64,000 bases of DNA from Psammoneis japonica (lineage: Eukaryota). This document shows, one piece after another, positions 1 through 11,989 of this stretch (position 1 is the first letter of the stretch; every line of letters begins with the position of its first letter). The position numbers and the translations under genes are program-made. The DNA lies in the NCBI GenBank assembly GCA_008632985.1, contig QPGO01000052.1, positions 62,001 to 126,000 of the forward strand, in the 5' to 3' direction. Below the pieces are notes generated by a model. That model saw only the letters and a list, made by a program, of their open reading frames with translations, did not search any database and had not been told where the DNA came from.

Positions 1-330
1 GTCATTTCGATCTTGTTGTCTCTAACAATGTTGTCAACTGACTTTCTCGCAACTGCTTGATGTTGCGGATCTTTTGATGTGTGCCATCTTTTTCAATTTT
101 TTGTGCACGCGGCGCGCTGTCACCCGTTTTTTTAATGTCCTGGTCTCCATTGTGGTGCCATGCGATGGTCTGATTGGCAAGGAGGCTCAAGCCGCCCTGC
201 GTCAGCTAGTGGGAAAGATTTCTAACAAGTGGCAGAAAAGCCCTGTTTGGAAGTGTGTGGCTTCTTGTCAACACAAGTGAGATTCAGCATGAGGACTCAA
301 CAAACACAGCACAGATGCAGGCCACACTCT
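1..330 (+). mobile_element. Decayed C-terminal fragment of a non-LTR retrotransposon ORF (restriction-like endonuclease type)
   Basis: IVVPCDGLIGKEAQAALRQLVGKISNKWQK / KPCLEVCGFL resembles the S.DG..G.EA...LK.LA..LS.KW..PYS.V.G.V tail of REL-type LINEs. The fragment is frameshifted. Confidence 0.5.
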
Positions 331-1459
331 TGTGATGCACAAGCATCCAGGACACCAGCCAAATGTGCTGCAGTCAAGCAGCCTCAAATGGTCATGTGTG
401 GCACATCATGCCAGTGCCACAGCAGCAAAGTCAAGTGAGCAATGACACACCACAGAATTGAGCTTGTCCTGTGTTGCACCCAAGAATGATGGAACATTTT
501 TGTGGTGCATGACTTTTTTTGAAGTGCGGCTTGTTTGAAAAATGACTGGTGGCAAATCCAGGGAAAAGCTCTAAAAGTCACACCCACATGCATTTCAGCA
601 AAAGTCAACCTGGGCTCTAAACCTCCTCATTGTGTGTCCAAAGTTTTTCTGCCACAGAGGAGGGGCCAACAAATGGTTTTGCTCAAATGTTGCCATGATT
701 TTTTGGGTGCAGCACAGGATGTGCTGCAAAGAACAAGAGAGGGGACAACCCCCCATCAAAAGCATGAGTTCAGGCATGCAGCAGATGGGCTGGTCTCTGC
801 TGAAAAACCCAACAGGGAGGTTGTTGGCAGTGATGAGAGCTTCTCAAAAGCAGCAACAACAACAACCAGCCCGGTGGCAGCATTGCATGTCATCGTGGTC
901 AACAAACCCTTTTGTTGGATTCCAGTTGACTCCATCTCACAATGAGCATCACACCAAGTCTTCTTCATCTGAGGCAGCAGCAGAGACTTTTTTGTGAGTT
1001 GAATGCCCACCTGTCTTCACGCCAGGAGTTTTTGACACTTGGATGAGTTCAAGTGTCAATTTCCCCCATCAGAAGCCCAGACACAGGCCTCCACACAATC
1101 CAGTGCAAAGTCCATCCATGTTCTTAGTGTGTGCCACACCACATGCATGGCAACATGCTCTCTCATGAGCAGATTGCTGCTTTGTGCTGGAGCTTTAGTG
1201 CACCTTGACACACAGACTTGCAGATCCTTGGTTGAGCAGCTGTGCCTCTGTTCTCTTTGAGATCTTCATGAACATGGAACATTTTGATGACAGCAGGAGC
1301 ATGCATCACATGTCAAATCAACAAAAAAAGACCAGATCCATGTTTTGAGTGCTGTCGCTCCTTTGCCACCAGCTGGGCTGGCGCCAGCTGACCCACACTT
1401 CCAGCACACCATTGATTGTGGCAGAAGCTCATGGGGATCAGCCAGAATGGACATCACCT

Positions 1460-4400
1460 CACAGTGACGCCCCACTGAAATAACCAGCAACAGAGCAAGT
1501 GTCACAAAGCATGGAGTTCTTCATTTTCTTGAGGCTTTCTCTCATGCATGGTTTTGCCACAGCAGTGCAGTTCATTGTCCATGAGGTGGAGTGGGACATG
1601 TGATCTTCCACCAAGTCCAGCAGCACATCTCTGTGAGGTGCTCCTGTTTTTTGTTGCACATTGCCGTGAGTTTGGCTTCCACTTGTTTGCACTGAGATGA
1701 TTTCCTGGTGTCTGCATCACATGACCATGCACCTCTTTGTCATGCTCTTCCCACAACTCCCGCCAGGATTTCCAAGTGCAGGCTCCGATCTGCACTGCCC
1801 AAATGGGAGGTGAGTGATTCTCCTTGTGACACTTTTCCAGCAGTCCTGTGCTGCAAAGATGCATTTCTTGAAAAGTGTTCCAAAGAGTGGAAAAATGATG
1901 GTTGAAAACTCGATGCCAACCCATGTCAGACTGGGCTCTCCACAAAGGACGCAACATTGGGGCAATGTTGTCATTGCATGTCATCTCTCACCTTGAGACC
2001 ATGCTTCAATGGAGGACAAAAGAAGATCACACAACGGGGACATTGTGCTGATGTTGTCACAGAGCTTTTGGAGGCCTTGTGGGAATTTGCAATGCCAGGT
2101 TTCATTGTCAGGGCAGCACAAAATGCAACCCTGATCTTCCCTGGGATGTTTGCAAAAAGGAGATGATGTGGTCTCACTGGATTGCAATGGTGAGTGATCT
2201 TGTTTGCAGGAACAAGAAGCTCATGGATCAATTTGACAGCAGACACATGTTGCTTTGAGAACTGGTGCACCAATGCAGTGTGCATGGACCAGTCTGTTTT
2301 GTCTGTGATTGATTCATCCCATTTGTTCCTTTCCTGAATGTGCACCCAAGCAGAGCAGGAGCGCTGCGCCAGTGTGTCAAACCACAGATTTGAGCCCTGT
2401 GGCAATGGCCCTGTCTTGAACACTCAGGTGGGATTGGCAATGGGGGAGGGGGATCACCTTGGTTGTGTCAGATTTGCACTGGCCTTGATGTCGTCATGTC
2501 AGTGTGTTGGCATGCATGTTGATCTGAGCACCAAGAGGGAGAACTCGACTGGAGAGTGTCTGTCCTGATGTCCTTTCACCCACTCAAGAGCAGGAGCCTG
2601 GGCTGGAGAAAAAGGATTGAGGATTTTTCAATGGCTTGGAAGGTCTGACAAATCTTGTTGATGATGTCCCAATCAGATGACAAGATGTTGGCACCATGCT
2701 TGCACAGTTTAAAATCTGTCTCGGGATGGAGACTTGAGCTGAAGGATCAACGGAAGGACTGCTGTCAGACAATCAGGAGAGAACTTGAACAAGAGCCCTG
2801 TTGTCACACCAGTTGTCAACACCTTTGTAAGATGACATTTTGCAAAATTCAAGCAGACAAAAAACAGAGCGTGTCAGGGACATGAACCCACAGGCCTCTG
2901 CTTGGCACAAAGAAGGCATTCTGTCAAACACCAGTCTGGCACAATCCACCAATGTTCTCCCATCAAATGCAATGGTCCACCCAAATGTCGCTTTCTGTAG
3001 ATGCACAGACCCACCGCTGCCTGCCACAAGGCAATTTGATGCAAAGCAATCCACCAGTTTGAGCGGGGAAACATGGAATTCCATGTCAGAGGACAGGGCA
3101 GACTCCCAGGAAGGCAATGCTTGCAGACAGTCTTTAAAGAACTTGGGGAGAGGAGGAGGTGTTTCCACTGTCAATTTTGACCAATGAGGAAGACATTGCC
3201 ACTGTCCATTGCAGGTGGAGATGATCTCCACTGGGCAAGATGAGTCAGAAGGATCAGGAACCATTTCAATTTGATGCAGGGATGTTGCCACTGTGTCCTG
3301 GGCCAGAAACACATCAAAACTGGATGGAGACCATGCATGCAAATGTGATTCCTTTGGAGACCAACAGGCAGAGGCCTGCATGTGCATCTTGGAAGGAGGC
3401 ACTGACCAATCTCCCAGAGGGGCTTGTAATCTGGTGGAGTCTGGATGACACAACAATTCACACAGGCATGTCCAGGGACCCCATGCTGGATGACAAGGTT
3501 TTGTTCATTCAATGTTGTCAACAGTGCTGACACTGCTCAGGCAAGTTGGATCACTGCAGACCTTAGACTTGTCCAGAAAGCATCCATCTGCCATGGCAAT
3601 GTCCAACACAGTGAGAACCCTGAGACACAGACAGCAATGGTTGATCCGCTGAATCTCTCGGGACAAGAATTCTGAAGACTCCAGAGCAACATGTCCACCA
3701 AGAACTGGTCGTCATCTCATTGCAGAGGTGGGCACCCCATCTTTGTGTCAAATCAACAAAGACATGGACACCCACAAAACAGCCTTCTTGTGCCTCCATT
3801 GGGCATTTGCTGCTGGCAGGAAACCAAGATTGAGCAAGCTCCTCAGCACAAGTCAACTCACACTGGAGCTTTTGGCTGGCCACATTTTCAGCCATCACCA
3901 GCTGCTTCTGTCAATGTCACAATGGTTCTTTGGTGCTGCTCACAAGCAATCTGGCACAGTTGTGAGCAGGCACTCATCTCTCAACTGGTGTTTCTATCAA
4001 GGAAGGCTGGGGGCAAGCCCTTGCTGGCCAAATGCCTTGCTTGAGATCCTGTTCTCAACAGCTGCTGCAGCTGAAAATGGGCTGTTTTTGAGGAAGGTTT
4101 TTTCAGGTGAGCAAAAGGTTCAAGAAGCATTGCTTGCTCATGATTTTGCAAGACAGCAGAGCCAAAAGATGGTTGGCTCAAGGTGCAAATTTGGTGGTGC
4201 TGCAGAAATTGTGGCTTCCATTTTTTTGCAAGGGCTGGACAAGGTTGAGAGTGTGCCTTGAGACACCATTTTCTGGTGTGTGCACATTTGAATTTTTGCA
4301 GGGCGTGCTCTCACAACAAGTTTCGAGCTGTGTTTGGAGACATTGGGCTTGAGCACAAAATGACCAAAAGCAACACAGGTGCTGCTGGGCTGTGTTGTTC
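1460..4400 (-). mobile_element. Decayed LINE-like retrotransposon with RNase H domain
   Basis: RNase H-like motifs GSGGSV..ATFGWTIA, PSLCQAEACGFMS, WCDNRALV (2773-3456) and EWVKGHQD (~2565-2587). It has many stops and frameshifts and is homologous to 27750-29790. Boundaries are approximate. Confidence 0.7.
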
Positions 4401-4933
4401 AACATGAGTGACCTGGAAAATTCTTGGTTGGTTGGCCAGGAGGAGTGGGCTGTTGGTGTTTCTTAACCAAGAAATGATCATGACCAAGGCAAATGGATTT
4501 CTGCATCAAAAAAAGGAGGAAAATAGAGAGGCACCACTTTGAAGATTTGTTGGAAGTCACATGAGATCACACCTCTTGCACTCACTGGTGTGCATGGGGG
4601 CATGCCAAGTGTGCTGTCTCACAACTGTTGCCACAATTCTCTCTTGGTTTCTTGGCCGCACCTTCTGCATGTTTTTCTGTTCAAGCTCTGGCACAAATGT
4701 TGCCTTTCTCTGACAGTGTGACAATGGTTCTCACCTGCCCATTTTGACTGCTTCTCTCATTGACATGCCTTCATTTCATCATCACAAGCAATCTCATGCA
4801 TTGGAAAGTGACTGACATTGAGCTCTTTTGGCTTGTTTGCTTGTCATTCTTCTCCACTCTTCTTGGTGTTTTCTTCCTTGTGTGCCAAGTTATTTTGCAA
4901 ATTCTGCGTGCTTCAAAAGTCATTTCAGATGGT

Positions 4934-5331
4934 CAACTTGGCAAACTTTTGGCTGCGTTCCATCCACACCTCTCAGGTGTCAATGACCCCCCTTCTGCCT
5001 GTTGTCAATTTAAGTTCCCTGCTTCACATGGCAGACAAAAATCTTCCATCATTGCTGCACTCAGAAATTTGAATTTGAAAGAACCAGTTCAGCATGCACT
5101 GACCTTTCTTCCATGTGCCAACAACTTCGCACAAGTTTTGGTGCATGTTCTGTGTGTCTTAAAATTAATTTCAAACAATTGACTTGCCAAACTGTTGACT
5201 GCTCTTTGTCCACACCTCTCAGGTGTCAATGACTCCCCCTCTGCATGCTGTCAGTTTAAGTTTTCTGCCGCCCCCCATGTGGCAAATGAGAATCCTCAAT
5301 CATTGCTGCTCCAAAAAGTCTGAATTTGAGG
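4934..5331. repeat. Imperfect direct repeat, about 150 bp of shared core, period about 247 bp
   Basis: tccacacctctcaggtgtcaatgac..ccc..ctgc...tttaagtt occurs at ~4963 and ~5209. Confidence 0.7.
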
Positions 5332-7989
5332 CTGGCTCAGCATGTGTTGGTGGTTGCTTCATGCCCCACTCTTTCTCATTTTGAAACATTTCCTGACTGT
5401 CTGTTTCACCTTGGCAGCCAAATCTGATCCCAAGAAGAGAGCCTTGATTGCAGCATCAAGTTTTGACATTTCATTCATTTTGCTGGTCCTCTTTTTGCTG
5501 CTGCCAGCTGTTTCCAGTGGGTGCCACAGATTTGCAGTGTCAATCTTGGCCAGCTGCCATGCATCTCTGCCACATTGTGTTGGTGTGCAAGGGGTTTGGG
5601 TTGGCTTGTTGTGTTGCCAGAGTTGCAGGGTGGAAGCACAGCAGCACTGCAAGAGCAGATGGCTTTGGTGTTGAGTTCAATTTTTGCACCATGAGAAAAA
5701 GAACTTCACAACACACACCTTTGCCCACACCCACACACACCATTTCACAGCAACTGCAATGATGAGACTGTCATGATGCACCACTGATGGTCAAAGACTT
5801 CTGCAGAACTTTGACCCACAAAACCCAAGCCTTCCACTAAAGTTGCTGCAAGCAAATGCACATGTTGGTCATTGAGAACAAGTTGGTGCTGAACTTTCAA
5901 AATGTTTCAACAAAGAGGGTGCCACAGCTGCAGCTGCATGTGCTTGTGACAGCTCATTGGAAGTTGATCATGGGCAAAGCATGTTGCTCATTCTGTGGCT
6001 TGCTGCTGTCTCCAAAGTCAACAACCAAGAGATGATTGCCTCAGGAGGCAGCACCCACCCTGACACACAAAATCTGGCAAAAACAGTTGGAAGTTGGAAG
6101 CTGCCCATGCCAGCATGATGGGCAAGGAGCTTCCAGCCTGCTTTCTTCTAACTTCTTGGTGTTGAAGCAAAGACATGAAAGTGCTTGCCCCTCTCAAAAG
6201 ATGCACAAGCCAATGTGATCTCTGGTCATGATGTGCGACTCCTCAATGGCAAAGAACTCTCCCACTCCAGAGCCCAAAAGGACTCAGTGGTTGTTTTGCT
6301 TTGTTGATTTTTCAGGAGATGCTTGAGTCTGCCTTGCTGTGAGCATCAAGATTTGTGAAAGTGGTGACAGTGTTGAATGTTTGCAACATGGATGATGGGC
6401 TTGTTGAGCTGCCAGTGCACTGGACATGAAAAGATCAAGAGCCTTGTGTCTTGCAAAATTTTTAGACTTTTTGGCAGAAACACTGCTGCACAGTCAAATG
6501 ATTGTTTTGTGCTGCTGCCTGCTTGTTGAGCCATGGAAGAAACTTGCTTTAGCTGCTCAGTTGGTTCTTTTGCTCACATGCTCTGGCATGTTTCAACAGA
6601 GCAAAGCACTTGAAAAGTGCAAACGTGGCAGAAGCTGAGCTGCACATCAAATGAGCAACTGCAATGTGAGCACCTTGACACTCCAGCTGCAGAGTGCAAA
6701 ATGTCAGCCACCCAGTTGTGGAGCATGTGAAAAATGTGTCAGATGGCTGTCAACTGTGGTGGACATGATGCTGGGCAGAACAAGAGCTGAATGATCCCTC
6801 ATCTTTTGCACTCTGTTTTTTGTTGAGCACCACATTTGCTGCACACAAGACAGCAAGGCTCTGAGTTTGCAATCTGCTCAAGAAGCAACACCATGAATCC
6901 AATGTGTGATGCACAGCTGCCAAAATGACAGAATTGCTGAGTGTCAAAATTGAAGGACCTTGTTGGCCACTCCTGCACTTCATCAGGGGGGTGACTTTAA
7001 AAACTGGGGCCACTTTTTTAATGCACTGTGCTGCTGGTTTGCCAGGAAAGGAAACCATGCAACAACAAAAATCACATCATTGCCATGACACATGGGAAAC
7101 AAGAAGCAAGAAGATTGAAAGTTGTTGCTGGGTTGCTGTGTTGGCTGGCTGAAAGACATTGGCAGCACCATTGCACTGAACATGGTGCTGAGAAAAACAG
7201 GCACTGAGGGGGGACAATCAATCTGACCTCTTGATGGGACAAAACCAGAAGTGGCCCCACATCTCCAGGCACAACACTCATTCCAGGCACAAACCTCTTC
7301 AAGTGAGACACAGTGGCAACCACCCATTCTGCCAGCTTTCCAAGATGATGTCTGCCCAACTCCCACAGAGGAAGAGACAGAATGGAACAAATGTGAGCAG
7401 GACATTTGACAAAAGAAAAAGATGTCATGGAGCCAGCAAACCAGGGAGAAAGGCAACATTAGAAGCAACAAGCAAGAGCAGGGTTGATGGCAAGACCATG
7501 AAAGCAGCTGTGTCTGTTCTGGGTGGTGCCATGACTGCAACAATGAATCTGCCACCACTCTCCACTCAAGCTGTGCTCTGGAAGTGACTGTGCACATGAT
7601 GGAGCACCAGCACACAACCACGTGCTGCTGCTCAGTGAGCAGACACTTGCCTGAGACAAAGGTTGGGTTTGTGACTAAAACAGAGTGAGTGCATTGTCGT
7701 CTGTTCAGTGTTGGAGCATCTGGAACAAGCAGGAAATGCAAGAGACCCAGAAGCAGATCCATTGAAGAGAAGATGCTTTGGATCCTGATGTGGTGGATCA
7801 GATGACACTTTGGAAATGAATGTGCACTTGTTGCCAATCTCACCAACTTTCTTTTGTCTCACCAACTGGAGTGAATCATCCAGTTTGCACAAATGTTGTG
7901 TGTTGTGGTGTCAGCAGGCAGCACCTCTTGCATGATCACAAGATTGAAGTTCATTGAAAGCTTCCAGGCAAACCACAGCCATCACAGCA

Positions 7990-10400
7990 ACCAAGACATG
8001 GACCCTTGTTGGTTCAACATTCACTCCAAAGAGTCAAGAGCACTGTGTTCAGTGCATGTGGTGCCAACCTCCATTTTGTCATCTGAGTCAGGAAAACTGC
8101 ACTGTGAGTGGCAGAGGAGGAGGTGGAGGAAAGGAGGAGGAGGAGGCCAAGGACACAGCCAAGGCAGGGATGGCAGAGGAAAGAAGTCTTGCTGCAACAA
8201 AAACAAAAAGACTGGTGACCCCAACAAGAGTTTCAAACTGGAAATGAAGTTTCATCCATCATTGATGAACAGCAACTCATGCAATTTGATGGTCAAAGAC
8301 ATCAAGGAAAAGATCATCAACCATGAGCAGAAGGAATGTGATCAAGATGTGCATCTGGCAAGGTCCCTGGAAGACATGGCATGCATGACGTTCACTGGTG
8401 ACAGTCCAACGCTGGTGATGGCAATGCCAGCAGTGCCAGCAGAGACAGGCAAAGATTGCCTGACCAAGGCAAACAAGAGGGCCAGAGAAGAAAGGCAACT
8501 GGAATGTGAGCACAAGATCAAGTTGCAAGACTGTTGTGAGAAAGCAAAGAAGCTCAAAGACAACAGAAGCACTGCACTTGTGGTGATCCCAAAGGATCAC
8601 TGTTCCAAGCTGATGGAGCAGAGAGTGCAAGCTGACCCCAGTCATCAGAGGATCAGAGATGACCCAATGAAGCTGCTGAAGCTGATCCAGTTACTTGTGT
8701 TCAACTCCATGAGAGGTTGAGACCCCTCTTCCACACACTTGCCAACAAGTTCCTGAAGCACACACTGGAAGTGAAACAGCTGGAGGATGAGTCACTGAAT
8801 GTCTTCCTGTCAAGATTTAAGAATCAACGGGGTGCCACAACAAGTGATGGTCTTGACAGCAAAATGTTGGACAGATTTTTTTGTCAAGAATGCCAAGGAG
8901 TGCAAGGACTGCACTGCCACAGCAGATGAGCAAATGCTGAAGGATGCTGCTTTCAAGACATTGACAACACACCTGTTTGTGGATTGTTGCCACAAGAGCC
9001 TCAAAAAGAGCCTTGTGAGAGACTGCAGCCCAGGCAAGGATTCACATCCAAATGCCCTCAAGAAGGCAATGGATGTGTTGCTGAACTGTCCAAAGGATGC
9101 ATGATGATCTGCACAAGGGGTGAAGCAAGAAGAACAACAATGAATGCCCAAAAAACAAGAAAGAAGACAAGGGCGCAATTGCATGCTGCCCAACAGCCTG
9201 CAAGACCAGAGTGATGCACACAGAGTGGCAAAACAGCACGCCATTGTTGTGGTGAGCCAAACTACAAGTCTCCAGACTGCAGGTGCAAGGATGAGATTCC
9301 ACAGAAGGGCTGGTGTAAGAACACCTGTGAGAGATTGGGTGCCAGGGACAGAGTCGCGCACAGAGAGACAATGACAATTCATCAGTGAGCAGTGATGAGG
9401 ACACCAGCGTTGACACCCGCAGGTCAAGTTGATCTGCAAGCTCCAACAGAAGAAACATCACATTGCATGGGTTCCAGTTGGATGAACAGGCACTGAAGAA
9501 GGGCCAGACATGAGTTTGAGCCAAGCTGATGTCAGCATTGAGTCAGATGAGATCATCCTTGACAACAGCTTTGCTCTCTTGGTGTGGCAGCAAGTCAGAA
9601 ACTGGTGCACAATGTGCAACCAGCAAGGATCAAGATTGTCCTTTCTGCCAACACAGGAGTGGATGCTTTGGACAAACTCCACCCTGTGCCAGGATGGGGT
9701 GAGGTGAAGCTCAGATCACAGAATGCAGCAGCTGACATCCTGAGTCTCAAGGATGTGAAGAGCAAGTGCTGCATTGCACATGACAAGAGAGTGGCAGACA
9801 AGCTCCATCTGCTGGATGAGAAGACTGGCAAACAGGTCACAGTGTTCAAAGTTAATGACACCCAGCTGCACACCTTTGCACCAAGCCAGCAATTCTTTGA
9901 CAACACAAAAGAGCTTCAAGAAGGTGAGTCAAATGTGAGCATGCTGTCAAAGGACAAGAAGGTTGCAAAGAAGACAAGCAAAAAGCACAAGAGTGTGTCA
10001 GGAGCTCTTGTTCTGACTGTGAAACAGAGTGTGAAAGGCCACACTAAACAAGAGGCAGCAAATGCTTCTGAGGAAGCATTGAGACTGTGCCATGAGGCTG
10101 GAATGCCCAGTGTGAAAAAATTCAAGCTGTTTTTATGTTCAAACCAGAGGTGAAGAACCTGCCCATTCTCCCTGAAGATGTGGACAGAAAGGCAGCCATG
10201 TGGGGTCCACTGACAGACACACTGAAAGGCAAGACCAAGCATGCACACCATTCCCATGAGAGGAGTGACATCATTGCCATTCCACCTGAGATCTACAAGA
10301 AGCAGAGAGAAGGTGTGACCCTCTGCATTGACTTTGTCGAAGTGTGCAGTGCCAACACACTGCACGCAATTGACAAGAAAATTGACTTGCTTGTCAGTTC
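7990..10400 (+). mobile_element. Decayed Ty1/copia (CoDi-like) LTR retrotransposon: gag, protease, pre-integrase and start of integrase
   Basis: Gag-like LEMKFHP..VKDIKEKIINH..ARSLEDM, protease-like IILDNS (~9552), then ALRLCHEAGMPSVKKFK..NLPILPEDVDR..WGP..LKGKT and integrase start VTLCIDF. The domain order is copia-type and the ORF is frameshifted. Confidence 0.7.
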
Positions 10401-11989
10401 AACATCCAGTGTGGTTGCAGAAACAACATGGCCACCCAAAGCTTCTGCAAGGAGGTGCTGTTTTCCACACAAAACATGCCAAAAAATGCCAGTCCTCACA
10501 TGGCAGCTGGTTTTGCCATCCTGTTGATGTGCCCTGCACCATCTGCCCAATGTTGTTGAACTTGATGTGAAAGCATGATGTTGTGGCATTGAAATGGCAA
10601 GAGTTGCTTTTTTGACCATTGCAATTGTCACCCATGACTGAGCACAAAATCTTCAATTTTTTGGTCACTGCCAACACACATCATTGCACACTGTCACATG
10701 CTCCACCCCACGTCACCTTGGAAGTCATGATGCAGAAATGTGCATTGTGCCTCATTTTCTTGCAGAATTGCCATTTTTCTTGCAAAAGCACAGTGTGGCC
10801 AAGATTTGAGTTGAGTGCAGTTTGGGATCTCATTTTTTCATGTTTTTGGGGGACACTGAGACACAGCTGGAAGTCAAGATTGTGCTGCAATGATCTTTGA
10901 ACTGCCAGTTTGTGAACTCACTTGATGGAGTTTGTGCATTGTGGAGGTTCAGCAGTGCTGTGGAACAGAATTGTGCAGAGCTGTGTGCTGGCACATGTCT
11001 CTCTGAAGTGGGCTGGGGCAGGCATCCTTTTTTTTTTGCAGGTGTGTGTGAGGCACAAGCCACTGGCTGCACGCCCCATTGTCAGAGTCTCAGAGCTGCC
11101 AGAGGCAAGCCATCAAGCACCATCCATTCCACAGGATTCCCCCCCCCCCCCAAGTTTTGTGCTCACAGTTCTCGTTTTGTGTGCCGGTGTCCAGCTTCTC
11201 ATTTTGTCTGTGCATCACGAAGTGTGTGCTTTGCCACATTTTGGGGCCAGGAGGGTGGTCACAGGCGAATCGCACATTTTTCTGCGTTGATGCAATTCAT
11301 GGATTTTCCTGCTCATGTCTTTGGAAAGCAGAGTAAAAGTTAATTACCAGCATTGACATGTACACAATAGATGCCCAATCATTGTTGTTCCCTTCGCAGA
11401 CCTTTTGATGAGCCTCAGTGGGCGGCGCGGACGCCCGGATGGACCGATTGTTCGCAGCCGTCCGTCTTCCAGCCGCGAGAGCCTCCTCTGCTGCACAGAC
11501 GAACACTGCGAAGCGCATGATTGCGTCGCCGAGGGCGGAGGCTCACGGTTAGCTCTAGCTAGTTGGAGAGTGCGCTGCCCAAGGCTACTACTAGAGAAGT
11601 AGCTAGTAGCGAGAGGCCTAGCTAGAGAGTAAACGAGTAGCCGTGACGTGCAGGGAGGGAAAGTGAAATAATGAAGAGTATCAGCCAAGAAACGGCGAAC
11701 CATGGGATCGGCAAGACCGATCGTCGCTGCTCAAACTGTCCCAATAACTTTGCTTTGTGTGTGTGTTTTTAAACCACAATGTGAAAGTGAGGTTGTACAG
11801 CATCGTAATAAATCTATTTCACTCCTAGTAGCTCGAGAGCTGCAAGTACTGGTTTGAATGTACTAGAGAAGCTCATTTTCAACCGCGCGTCCGTGGGTAC
11901 CAAAGAAGCCAAAACCGCGTAAACTTGGAAAACAACGATTCTGGCATCCAAAACCGGTAAACCCTGAAGAAGAGCAATTCTTTATACCC

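Larger units (their letters stand above)
1..11333. other. TpA/CpG-depleted hypermutated repeat block A
   Basis: A manual scan found only about 35-40 TpA in 11.3 kb. CpG is scarce and TG/CA very abundant. TpA returns abruptly at 11334 (gagtaaaagttaattacc). Confidence 0.9.

Noticed and set aside
7906..7917. tggtgtcagcag as a mutated tRNA-Met primer-binding site (TGGTATCAGAGC)
   Set aside because: The match is partial, in TG/CA-rich DNA, and no adjacent LTR end could be defined.
1..11333. Dozens of overlapping 60-290 aa Cys/His/Gln-rich ORFs here and in blocks B and C
   Set aside because: They are a by-product of TAA/TAG loss and TG/CA excess. They occur in all six frames, are nearly Tyr-free and have no coherent domains beyond the TE relics listed.
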